Source: an uncultured Chloroflexia bacterium (GTDB lineage: Bacteria > Chloroflexota > Limnocylindria > Limnocylindrales > CSP1-4). Taken from it: 64,000 bases of DNA. Where the stretch lies: positions 224,001-288,000 of the forward strand of contig CAVQJC010000005.1 in the NCBI GenBank assembly GCA_963712745.1, in the 5' to 3' direction. Shown here in pieces: positions 30,593 to 39,674 of this stretch. A program made the position numbers and the translations under genes. Numbering within the stretch: position 1 is the stretch's first letter; each line of letters begins with the position of its first letter. The notes under the pieces were generated by a model that had not been told where the DNA came from, ran no database searches, and saw nothing but the letters and a program-made list of their open reading frames with translations.

Positions 30593-31246
30593 GTGAGGAC
30601 CGCCTGGATCACCGGTGCCACGGGAGCGTGGGGCGGCGCATTCGCGGGTGCCTTGCTGGAGGCCGGCTACGACATCACGGCGCTGGGCCGGAGGGACACT
30701 CCCGACCTGGCCGCCCGCGCTGCCGAGCTGGGCCGGAGCCTGACGTTGGCCCCCTTCGACCTGGCCGACCCCCTGTCCGACCTGCCCGAAGGCGCGCCCG
30801 AGGTGCTCATCCACGCCGCGGTGTCGACCGAGGGCGACCGGACCGAGCTGGTGAGGGCCGACTACCTGGCCCCCGCCGCCCTCATCGAGCACACGGCCAC
30901 CGCCATGCTCGAGCGCGGTCGCGGTCGCATCGGCGTGCTCGTGCCGCAGAACGCGCGGCTGGGCCTGGGCGGGCTAGGCGACTTCTCGGCCGCACAGGCA
31001 GCGCTATGGACCTGGTGCGAAGCCCGGCGCGACGAGCTGGCCGGAGAGCCCGGGGATGTCTCGCTGACCATCGTAATTCCAGGCCGGACCTCCTCACCCA
31101 CCCAGCGCTTCGTCTCCGAGCACAGCGGCCACAACGCCCGACTCGCAGCACCGGACGCGACCGTGCCGCTCAGCGCCGTGCTGGCCGGGAAACGCCGCGC
31201 CGGGCGTCGCCCGGTCCTGGCCGCACTGGCGATGCTCTTCCGCTGA
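30593..31246 (+). CDS. Short-chain dehydrogenase/reductase-like protein (atypical)
   Basis: ITGATGAWG Rossmann motif; expected YxxxK reads FSAAQ. Confidence 0.75.
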   Translation: MRTAWITGATGAWGGAFAGALLEAGYDITALGRRDTPDLAARAAELGRSLTLAPFDLADPLSDLPEGAPEVLIHAAVSTEGDRTELVRADYLAPAALIEHTATAMLERGRGRIGVLVPQNARLGLGGLGDFSAAQAALWTWCEARRDELAGEPGDVSLTIVIPGRTSSPTQRFVSEHSGHNARLAAPDATVPLSAVLAGKRRAGRRPVLAALAMLFR

Positions 31247-31350
31247 CTGCCTCGGCCACGCAGGCTGACCGGTTCAGCCATGCCGGCTGAACGGATCGGC
31301 CATGCAGCCGGTTCGGCCACGCAGGTTGACCGGATCGGCCATGCAGGCGG

Positions 31351-32610
31351 TCAGCCGCGCGGCATGCCCCATCGCGCGCGGTCGAAGAACGACGGATGTT
31401 CATCGGTCGCGTCCCGCCACGGCCGCAGGAAGTCGCGGCCGAGCCCAGCGGTGCCGCCGAGTGCGAGGACATACCCGGTCAGCCGCAGGCCGCAACGGAA
31501 ACCGTTGCGGAGCTCGTAGGGCAGGCCCTCGGGCGGCTCGATACGCGAGGCGTCGACGGCAGCCAGGCGAGCGCTCACCAGCGGCGGGTTCGGACGCTCG
31601 GGAGCTCCGGGGAACCAGTCCTCACCCGGTCGCCCGTAGAGGAAGTCGCCCATGTGGCGTTCCCACGACCGCGCCAGGCGCTCGGCCGCGCTGAGCGACA
31701 TCAGCCGCGCATCGTCGAGGAAGGTGATGACCTGGTCCTGGGCCGGGCCGTAGCGGGCGTGTCCGACGGAAGCCTCCCACGGTGCCGAGCAACGAGCCTC
31801 GAGGGCGGCGAGGACGGCGGGGTCCTGCGTGCGCTGACGGAGGAGGCTCCCGAGCAGGATCCACTGGGCGTAGGCGTTGGCCACCGCGGCCCCGTTGCCG
31901 AAGACGCGACCGCGCGGGAACAGGAGCGGCCGGCTTTCGTCGACACGTTCGGCCCAGACCAGTGAGATCGCATCCTCCAGCGCCAGCGACCTGGCCCACA
32001 GGACTTCGCTGAACTGGTCCTCGAACTGGTCGAAGAGGAGCGGAGGCTCGTCGCCCAGGCTGTACGTGGCGCGGGCCCGTTCGTCGCTGGTGAGTGAACG
32101 AATGGTCCCGAAGAAGGCACGCAGGTCGTCGGTGCGGGTCCCGTAGTCGAAGGCCAGCGGATCGTCCTCGGCCGGGTCGTAGTCCCAGGCGGCACGCGGT
32201 GGTGGGTGCGGGGCGCCTTCCCAGAACCATTCGGTCGATGACGACGGTCGCGTCGGGCGCTCCTGGGCTGGCGGCGGCTCGGTCGCACCGGGCCCCTGGG
32301 GTCCCCACGGAGACTCGGGTCCGCTCGGGGGCTGGGGTCCGCTCGGGGGCTCGGGCCCTGTGGACGGCGACCGCCTCATGCGGGCGCGCCAACCCGTGAC
32401 AGGCGGCGGGAGCTGGGCCCGCAGCTCGGGGTCCAGCAGCCACTCGCGGGCGATGTTCAGACGCTTGGTCTCGTCGAGTCCGGCTGCTCCGGCCACGTCC
32501 GGGTGCACGTATCGGATGCGCGCCTTGTAGGCACGGTCGACCATCGCCGCGTCCGCACTGGCGTCGACGCCGAGCAGCTCGTAGGGATCGAAGTGGGGCA
32601 GTTGCGTCAT
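31351..32610 (-). CDS. J-domain (DnaJ class C) protein
   Basis: DPYELLGV...AYK...HPD...LNIAREWLLDP. Confidence 0.85.
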   Translation of the reverse strand: MTQLPHFDPYELLGVDASADAAMVDRAYKARIRYVHPDVAGAAGLDETKRLNIAREWLLDPELRAQLPPPVTGWRARMRRSPSTGPEPPSGPQPPSGPESPWGPQGPGATEPPPAQERPTRPSSSTEWFWEGAPHPPPRAAWDYDPAEDDPLAFDYGTRTDDLRAFFGTIRSLTSDERARATYSLGDEPPLLFDQFEDQFSEVLWARSLALEDAISLVWAERVDESRPLLFPRGRVFGNGAAVANAYAQWILLGSLLRQRTQDPAVLAALEARCSAPWEASVGHARYGPAQDQVITFLDDARLMSLSAAERLARSWERHMGDFLYGRPGEDWFPGAPERPNPPLVSARLAAVDASRIEPPEGLPYELRNGFRCGLRLTGYVLALGGTAGLGRDFLRPWRDATDEHPSFFDRARWGMPRG

Positions 32611-32613
32611 CGG

Positions 32614-33738
32614 TCAGCCGCGGTAGCGCTCCCAGACCTCCACCAAGCGGTCATGTGGCAGCCGATGGGCGACGTGGCCACCCTGGCCGGCCATGGTCTC
32701 GGCGGCCACCAGGGCGTTGACGATGGCCTCCTCGGTGGACTCGATCGCGGCCCAGAAGAGCGGGCTGATCCAGGCGTCGTCGAGTGCGCGGACCTCACGC
32801 GTGAACGGCCGGCCGGCTGCGCGGTCCTCGGCCACCAGACCGCGATTGCCGGTGGCAAAGGCGATGAAGAGGTCGCCGCTGGAGTGCTCGCCGGCGCCGC
32901 CCGTTCGAGCCACGCCCAGCCCGGCCCGCTGCGCCAGCCGCTCGCACTGGTGCGGCAGCAGGGGCGCGTCGGTGGCCAATACCACGATGATGGAGCCGCT
33001 GTCAGCATCCGCGGCCGAGCGTGCCGCGTCCTCCCGGTCCGAGGGCACCACGTCGAGCCCGATCTCGCGCCCCACCGGCACGCCGTCGATGGCCAATCGC
33101 TCGCGCCGGCCGTAGTTGGCCTGCACCAGGGCACCCACGATGAAGCCGCCCTCGTCGGCCGCCACCCGTCGTGAAGCGGTGCCGATGCCACCCTTGAAGC
33201 GATGACAGATCATGCCCGTGCCACCGCCGACGTTGCCTTCCGCCACGGGCCCATCGGCCGCGGTCTCCAGCGCGGAGAAGAGATGCTCGGCACGCACGTG
33301 CTGACCGTCGACATCGTTGAGCCAGCCGTCCCAGGTCTCGCCCACCACCGGCAGCGACCAGGCCGACTCGGCGGCACCGGCACTGCGGGTCGCGGCGGCC
33401 ACGATGGCATCGCGCACGACCCCGACCGAGTGCGTGTTGGTGATCCCGACAGGCCCCGACAGCAGCCCGGCCTCGCGGATCCACTCGAGACCGGTCAGCT
33501 CCCCGTTGCCGTTCAGCCGATGGGCGCCGGCATAGACAGCCTCGGCGAAGGGATCACCATGGTGGGGCACGACCACGGTCACGCCCGTCCGCACAGGTCC
33601 CTCGCCCACCACCAGCGGACCGGCGTGGCCGGAGACCAGCGTGGTCTGGCCCACGCGCACGCCGGCCACGTCGGTGATGGCGTTGAGCGGTCCGGGTGCC
33701 ATCAGCCCGATCGAGATTCCGAGATCGCGAGCACGCAT
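32614..33738 (-). CDS. P1/S58 family peptidase (DmpA-like aminopeptidase)
   Basis: NAITDVAGVRVG, NGNGELTG, GGGTGM, KGGIGTASR, GSIIVV autoprocessing site, SGDLFIAF. Confidence 0.93.
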   Translation of the reverse strand: MRARDLGISIGLMAPGPLNAITDVAGVRVGQTTLVSGHAGPLVVGEGPVRTGVTVVVPHHGDPFAEAVYAGAHRLNGNGELTGLEWIREAGLLSGPVGITNTHSVGVVRDAIVAAATRSAGAAESAWSLPVVGETWDGWLNDVDGQHVRAEHLFSALETAADGPVAEGNVGGGTGMICHRFKGGIGTASRRVAADEGGFIVGALVQANYGRRERLAIDGVPVGREIGLDVVPSDREDAARSAADADSGSIIVVLATDAPLLPHQCERLAQRAGLGVARTGGAGEHSSGDLFIAFATGNRGLVAEDRAAGRPFTREVRALDDAWISPLFWAAIESTEEAIVNALVAAETMAGQGGHVAHRLPHDRLVEVWERYRG

Positions 33739-33759
33739 GTGCCCGAGGCTAGCGCAGCC

Positions 33760-34992
33760 TTACTTGAGGCGAGTGGCGAAGAGGTTCCGCGGTGTCCCGT
33801 CAAGCTGTCCCGACTGGAGGACGATGGTCGGCCGCTTGCCGCCCAGCGCGATGTTCGGGGCCATGCGCAGCAGCTTCGCCTCGGGCACGACGGTCTTGGG
33901 CGCCTTGAACGAGACGCCGTCGTTGGCACTGCGCTGGGACACGACCTTGGTGCCGATCAGGCGGTCCTTGCGGATGCGCTCCTTGACGAAGGTGATCATG
34001 GCCTTCTTGTCGGGCAGCAACTCGACGTCGGCGGCACTGAAGACGAACCCGTCAGGCGCCTTGAGCAGCCTGTCCTTCCAGCCCCGGCCGTTCCTGGCCG
34101 AGCGCGAGACGATGAGCCCGCCACCCGGCGACTGCATGGTCGCGAGCACCGTCCTTCCCCGGGCATCGAGTTCGGGCCAGCCGTAGCTCAAGCGGTCGGT
34201 GACGGTGCGGGTGCGGCTCCAGTTCTTGCCGCGGTCGAGTGACGTGCGCGACTTGATCTCCGAGGCCAGGCATTCGCCCTTCTTGGCACGCGACCAGGCG
34301 ACATGGAGGGTGACGTCGGTGGCAGCCAGGCCGACCAGCCCGTCGGTCAGCTGCTTGCGGCAGTCGATCGACAGTTTGGTCGTGGCGACCGTCCTGGCCG
34401 GGCCGAAACTCCGCCCCGCATCCTTGCTGGTGCGCAGCTGGACCTTGCCGTTGGCACGGTTCGTCCAGGCCACGGCGATGAAGCCCTTGCCCACCGCCAC
34501 GGCGGGCACGCCGATGCCGCTGCTGCGGTCGCTGGCGACCATCTTCCGGCGCAGCTCGAAGGAGCGGCCACCATCGCGACTGACACGGATGAAGAGGGCG
34601 TTCTCGTGGGCACCGTTGACCCGCCAGGCCGCGACGACGATCTTGCCGCGTGCGGCGATGGCGAGATTGGGCACGACGTGGCGGCGTGCATTCGTGGCCG
34701 CGAAGAGCACTCGCTCCCTCGACCACGAGGCGCCCCTGTCGGTCGAGCGCTGGTAGACGACGCGGTCGTCGGTGGGGCCGGACCCGATGCGCGGGTGGAC
34801 CAGGTGCAGCCGACCATCGTCCGCAGCGAGCTGGTGCATGGAATCGAGGCGAGAGCCGCCGGTGTCGGTGACACGCCGCGGCGAGGACCACCCGGCACCG
34901 AAGACGAGCGAGGGCAGCAGGATCAGCGCGAGGACGGCAGCGGTGATGCTCATCAGCGGCGCACGACTGCCGACCTTGCGATCGAAGGTCAT
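33760..34992 (-). CDS. Secreted BNR/Asp-box repeat (sialidase-fold) protein, very basic
   Basis: Signal peptide; Asp-boxes STDRGASW, SRDGGRSF, SKDAGRSF, SLDRGKNW, SANDGVSF. Confidence 0.85.
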   Translation of the reverse strand: MTFDRKVGSRAPLMSITAAVLALILLPSLVFGAGWSSPRRVTDTGGSRLDSMHQLAADDGRLHLVHPRIGSGPTDDRVVYQRSTDRGASWSRERVLFAATNARRHVVPNLAIAARGKIVVAAWRVNGAHENALFIRVSRDGGRSFELRRKMVASDRSSGIGVPAVAVGKGFIAVAWTNRANGKVQLRTSKDAGRSFGPARTVATTKLSIDCRKQLTDGLVGLAATDVTLHVAWSRAKKGECLASEIKSRTSLDRGKNWSRTRTVTDRLSYGWPELDARGRTVLATMQSPGGGLIVSRSARNGRGWKDRLLKAPDGFVFSAADVELLPDKKAMITFVKERIRKDRLIGTKVVSQRSANDGVSFKAPKTVVPEAKLLRMAPNIALGGKRPTIVLQSGQLDGTPRNLFATRLK

Positions 34993-35137
34993 CACGGGTC
35001 CATCGTGAGCGGTGCGTGGAGGCACCGGTATGGCCACGCGGTACCTGCGTACGCATATGACCATCGGTGCGGGTGTTCCACGTGGCTGCGAAGCCGGTGA
35101 GCCTGGCGAGTCGGGTCGGCCGAGAGACCCGGCCTCT

Positions 35138-35406
35138 CGGCTACTTGATGCCAGATGTCGGCCCCGACGCCGCCAGGTCGCAACGACGACGCTATGTCGC
35201 AACGGCGACTCGGCTACTTTCATGCCAGATGTCGGCCCCGACGCCGTTAGGTCCTAACGGCGACGCAATGGGCGCGGGCACTGGCATAGTGATGCAGAAG
35301 ACCGCTTTGTCGGTGGATGGTATCCATCGATGGTGCATGTCCATGCATCACTTGCGGCGACACCAGGCTGCGCTCTCGCCTAGCGGTCACCATGCCGACA
35401 TCTGAC
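35138..35406. repeat. 183-bp inverted-repeat-bounded module (family B, copy 2; 35224-35406) preceded by a 74-bp-offset duplicate of its end
   Basis: cagatgtcggc (35226-35236) / gccgacatctg (35394-35404); gccagatgtcggccccgacgccg at 35150 and 35224. Confidence 0.65.
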
Positions 35407-35550
35407 GGGCAGATGGCGGGCGGCCGGCGGATGACAAGCCTCGACGGTAGGTGCTCGCGTTCGCGGCTCCCGCGGGCATCAAGCACGCGCGGCACCGCGC
35501 CGGAGGTCAGCGGCGCTGCTGCACGTTCTTAGCGGCGCTGCTGCGGGAGG

Positions 35551-36744
35551 TCAGCGGCGCTGCTGCCAGGACTTGCCCTCGACTGCCACGGCGGGGGCGT
35601 AGACCATCTCCACCTGCTGCATCTCGCGGATGTCGCGTGCACCCAGCGCTGCCATGGACTGGCGCAGCGCACCCACCAGGTTCTCCGAGCCGTCGGTCAC
35701 CTGGGAGGGACCGAAGAGGATCCGCTCCATCGAGCCCACGGTACCGACGTCGATGCGCATGCCGCGGGGCAGTGTCGGCGACGGTGCGGCCATACCCCAG
35801 TTGGTGCCGTGACCCGGGGCCTCGAAAGCACGCGCCAGGGGCGATCCGATCATCACCGCGTCGGCTCCGGCAGCGATGGCCTTGGATATCTCGCCTCCAC
35901 GCCGCATGCCGCCGTCGCCCACCACGGGGATGTACGCCCCGGTCCGCTGGTAGTGGTCGTCGCGCGCAGCGGCCACGTCGGCGATGGCCGTCACCTGGGG
36001 CACGCCGATGCCCAGCACCTCGCGCGTGGTGCAGGCCGCACCCGGCCCGACGCCTACGAAGATGGCCGCGATGCCCCGTTCCATCAGCGCTGCGGCAGCC
36101 TGGTATGAGGTCGTGTTGCCGACGGCCACGGGGATGCCCATGAGCTGCGTGAACTCGCCCAACTCCAGCGGCTCGTAGTCCGCGGCGAGGTGCTGGGCTG
36201 ACGAGACCTGCGACTGCACCAGGAAGACGTCGGCGCCCTGTTCCGCACAGAACGGGCCCCAGCGCCGCGCGGCGGCGGGCGTGGCCGAGATGACCGCCGG
36301 CGACCCGGCCTGGTGCAGCTCAGCGATGCGGGCGGACACGATGTCCTCCGAGATAGGCGGCTCGTATGCCGCGGAGAGCACAGCCTGGGCCTCCGTGGCC
36401 GCGGCGGTGGCGATCCGCTCGAGCACCGGTGCAGGATCCTTGTAGCGCATCTGGACGCCCTCGAGGTTCATCACCGCCAGCCCGCCCAGGGCAGCCAGCA
36501 CGCCCGCGGACCGCACGTCCACGACCGCGTCCATCGAGGCCGCCAGCACCGGGATGCCGAGCGTCAGGCCGGCCAGCTCGACGGAGGTGTCGACATCGGC
36601 CGGCTCGACCGTGCGAGGCCCCGGGGCCAGCGAGACGTCATCGAAGCCGTAGGCGTGGCGGAGGGTGTCGACCTTGGAGGCTCGGCGCTGCGGGGCGCCC
36701 ACCTGGATGTTGGCTGGCTGCGAGCTACCGACCCTGATGGTCAC
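35551..36744 (-). CDS. guaB3: GuaB3-family IMP dehydrogenase-related protein
   Basis: AYGFDDVSLAP, GVGPGAACTTREVLGIGVPQ, NWGMAAPSPTLPRG; no CBS pair. Confidence 0.9.
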   Translation of the reverse strand: MTIRVGSSQPANIQVGAPQRRASKVDTLRHAYGFDDVSLAPGPRTVEPADVDTSVELAGLTLGIPVLAASMDAVVDVRSAGVLAALGGLAVMNLEGVQMRYKDPAPVLERIATAAATEAQAVLSAAYEPPISEDIVSARIAELHQAGSPAVISATPAAARRWGPFCAEQGADVFLVQSQVSSAQHLAADYEPLELGEFTQLMGIPVAVGNTTSYQAAAALMERGIAAIFVGVGPGAACTTREVLGIGVPQVTAIADVAAARDDHYQRTGAYIPVVGDGGMRRGGEISKAIAAGADAVMIGSPLARAFEAPGHGTNWGMAAPSPTLPRGMRIDVGTVGSMERILFGPSQVTDGSENLVGALRQSMAALGARDIREMQQVEMVYAPAVAVEGKSWQQRR

Positions 36745-36809
36745 GATCGACGGACCCCTCCTACATGGCTCTGGTGCACGGCGCTGATGGTTGGCGGCAG
36801 TATACCGAC

Positions 36810-37844
36810 GTGAAGACGCGCGACCCCTACCCCGACCAGGTCACCCTGGCCGATGTCCAGGCCGCTGCCGACTGCCTCCTGGGCGTCGCGCTGCGCACTC
36901 CACTGCTTGGCTTCGGGCCGTTCGACGATGAGATCGGCGCACCCCGCGCCTGGCTCAAGCCGGAGAACCTCCAACCCATCGGCGCCTTCAAGATCCGCGG
37001 CGCGTACAACGCCCTGGCCACGCTCTCCCCGCAGGAGCGGGCCCGCGGCGTAGTGACCCATTCGAGCGGCAACCACGCCCAGGGCATCGCCCGAGCTGCC
37101 CGCATGCTGGGCATCAGAGCCGTCATCGTCATGCCCGACGACGCTCCGGCCATCAAGGTCGCCGGCGTCCGCGCGGACGGGGCCGAGATCGACGTCGTTG
37201 GCCCCGACAACGAGGAGCGCATCGCCCGCGCCGACCAGCTGGCCGAGGAGCAGGGCCTGGTGCTCATCCCCTCCTACGACGACGCGCGCATCGTGGCCGG
37301 GCAGGGCACGGTCGGCCTGGAGATCGTGGAGCAGCTGGCTGAGCTGGGCCGGGCCAACGAGCCGCTGACGGTGCTGGTGCCCATCGGCGGCGGCGGTCTC
37401 TCGTCGGGCCTGTGCGTGGCCGTCAAGTCGCTGCGTCCCGATGCCACCGTCATCGGGGTCGAGCCGGAGTTGGCCGCCGATGCCGCCGAGTCGTTCCGCG
37501 AAGGCCGCATCGTGCGCTGGGAACCGGCGCTCACAGGTCGTACCATCGCCGACGGCGTGCGCACGAGCGCGGTCGGACGCATCCCCTGGGCCCAGCTGTC
37601 GCGCCTGATCGACGATATCGTGACCGTCACCGAGGACGACATCAAGCGGGCCATGCTCGAGGCCGCCACCCGTGCCCGCATCGTGGCCGAGCCGTCGGGC
37701 GCGGTGTCGATCGCGGCTTGGATGCGCTACGGAGAAGATCTGCCGGCGGCGGACGATGGCGACACGGTCATGGTCGTGTCCGGCGGCAACGTCGATGCGG
37801 ACACGTACCGGGCCCTCCTGGCGGAGGCCGCCGGCCTGGGCTGA
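36810..37844 (+). CDS. Threonine/serine dehydratase (PLP-dependent)
   Basis: KPENLQPIGAFKIRGA, SSGNHAQG, GGGGL, EPSGA, SGGNVD. Confidence 0.93.
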   Translation: MKTRDPYPDQVTLADVQAAADCLLGVALRTPLLGFGPFDDEIGAPRAWLKPENLQPIGAFKIRGAYNALATLSPQERARGVVTHSSGNHAQGIARAARMLGIRAVIVMPDDAPAIKVAGVRADGAEIDVVGPDNEERIARADQLAEEQGLVLIPSYDDARIVAGQGTVGLEIVEQLAELGRANEPLTVLVPIGGGGLSSGLCVAVKSLRPDATVIGVEPELAADAAESFREGRIVRWEPALTGRTIADGVRTSAVGRIPWAQLSRLIDDIVTVTEDDIKRAMLEAATRARIVAEPSGAVSIAAWMRYGEDLPAADDGDTVMVVSGGNVDADTYRALLAEAAGLG

Positions 37845-37951
37845 GCGAGCCGACAGCGCGGCGCGAAAGCGTTGCCTGGAAGCGCCACCTGAGCGGGGAC
37901 CGGATGCACCGGCCGGTGGCAAGATGGCCCAGCACGACTATCATCGCCGCC

Positions 37952-38944
37952 ATGCCCGAGCGACCCGTGCCCTTCAGTCTCCTCGACGCCGCCCGCGTGG
38001 TGGCCCGGGGAGGCACCTTCGACGAGAAACTGACGGCGCTGTCCGAACAGGCCCGCACCGTCACCGACGCCGGCCTCGTGACCGTGCTGCTCCACGACGC
38101 CGACGCCGACGTCCTCCTCTCGCTCGACGGGGAGCTGGCCTTGCCGGTCGCCGCCGTCGACGACGACACCGCGCGTACCATGTCCGACCGCCAGCCGGGC
38201 CTGATGAGCGGCGTCCCGGCGAGCCTCAAGGGCCTGCTACCCGACGCCGGCTCCGCCTTGCTGGCTCCGCTCGTCATCGAGGACGAGGACGGCGCCGCCG
38301 TGGAAGGCCTGCTGGTCCTCGGCTGGAAGTCGGCCGAACCGCCCATCGACGAGGTGCCCGACGCGGTCCTCGCCATCGCCGACCTGTCGGCAGTGACCAT
38401 CCGCCAGGCTCGACTGCGCAACTCCTTCTGGGAGCAGACCGACCACGCCGACCGCCTGTCTCACACCGACCGCCTCACCGGCCTGGCCAATCGCGTCACC
38501 TTCGAGCGCATGCTCGAGCTCGAGATCGCCCGGGCCACCCGGCAGGGCAGCCCACTGGCGGTGGCCGTGCTCGATGTCGACGGTCTCTCCGACATCAGTC
38601 AGCAGAAGGGCGCCCGCGTGGCCGACGAGGTCCTGCGTCACGTGGCCAGCGCCATCGCTGACCGCGTGCGCTTGCTTGACACCGTCGCGCGCTTCGGAGA
38701 CGACGAGTTCGTGGTCATCGCCCCCGGCGACGCCGGCGGCATCGTGGCCCTGCGCCTGCGCGACGCCATCGCGGAGCTGCCGCCCGTCGGCGACACATCT
38801 ATCAGCATCAGTGCCGCGGTCGTGCATCACCCCGCGGACGGCTCCACCGGCTCCGAGCTGGTAGCCGCATCGGAGGCCGCTCTGGAGGCAGCCAAGTCAA
38901 AGGGCCCGGGCACCATCTTCGGCGTACAGGAGGCGACGGCCTAG
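37952..38944 (+). CDS. GAF-like sensor plus GGDEF-domain protein
   Basis: TDRLTGLANR, DVD, ARFGDDEF. Confidence 0.88.
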   Translation: MPERPVPFSLLDAARVVARGGTFDEKLTALSEQARTVTDAGLVTVLLHDADADVLLSLDGELALPVAAVDDDTARTMSDRQPGLMSGVPASLKGLLPDAGSALLAPLVIEDEDGAAVEGLLVLGWKSAEPPIDEVPDAVLAIADLSAVTIRQARLRNSFWEQTDHADRLSHTDRLTGLANRVTFERMLELEIARATRQGSPLAVAVLDVDGLSDISQQKGARVADEVLRHVASAIADRVRLLDTVARFGDDEFVVIAPGDAGGIVALRLRDAIAELPPVGDTSISISAAVVHHPADGSTGSELVAASEAALEAAKSKGPGTIFGVQEATA

Positions 38945-38991
38945 CGACCTCTCCGGCCGCGCGATCAGCGATCTACCCCGCCGCGAGCGAT

Positions 38992-39672
38992 CTACCCCGC
39001 CGCGCCGTGGATGCCTGACTGGAGGAGGACGGCATCCACGGCGCGGTTCACGTCTGCGGCCACGTCCTCGATCGCACCCGAGCCGTCGAGCACGACCCAG
39101 CGCTCGGCATCGGCCGCAGCCATCTTCAGGTAGCCGTCGCGCACGCGTTGGTGGAACGCCAGGTCGTGCCGTGTCTCGTCCTCCCAGCGGGTGAGCTCGG
39201 CCGCGCTGCCGGCAGCCCGTCGGGCCAGCCCGGCCTCCGCGGTCACGTCGAGCAGCACCACCAGGTCCGGCTGCAGCCCACCGGTGACCCAGTCCCCGAT
39301 CCGCTGCAGCAGGTCCAGGTCGACACCGCTGCCGTAGCCCTGGTAGGCCATGGTGGAGGTGGCATAGCGATCGCAGACCACGACCTCTCCGCGCTGGAGC
39401 GCGGGCCGGATGACCTCCTCGACATGCTGAGCACGGGCGGCGCTGTAGAGCAGGACGTCGGCCTTGGGACCGCGGGGCGTGGGACCCGGATCATTGACGA
39501 TATGCCGGACCTGCTCGCCAAGATCGGTGCCACCGGGCTCGCGGGTGTACGTCACGGCCAGGCCACGCTGGTGCAGCCGCTCGGACAGCATCCGGGCCTG
39601 CACCGACTTACCTGCCCCGTCTGGGCCCTCGAACACGATGAAGGGGCCCTGGCCCGGCACGAGGTCGGTCAT
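38992..39672 (-). CDS. tmk: Thymidylate kinase
   Basis: FEGPDGAGKS, REPGGT, CDRY, AYQGYG. Confidence 0.96.
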   Translation of the reverse strand: MTDLVPGQGPFIVFEGPDGAGKSVQARMLSERLHQRGLAVTYTREPGGTDLGEQVRHIVNDPGPTPRGPKADVLLYSAARAQHVEEVIRPALQRGEVVVCDRYATSTMAYQGYGSGVDLDLLQRIGDWVTGGLQPDLVVLLDVTAEAGLARRAAGSAAELTRWEDETRHDLAFHQRVRDGYLKMAAADAERWVVLDGSGAIEDVAADVNRAVDAVLLQSGIHGAAG

Positions 39673-39674
39673 CC

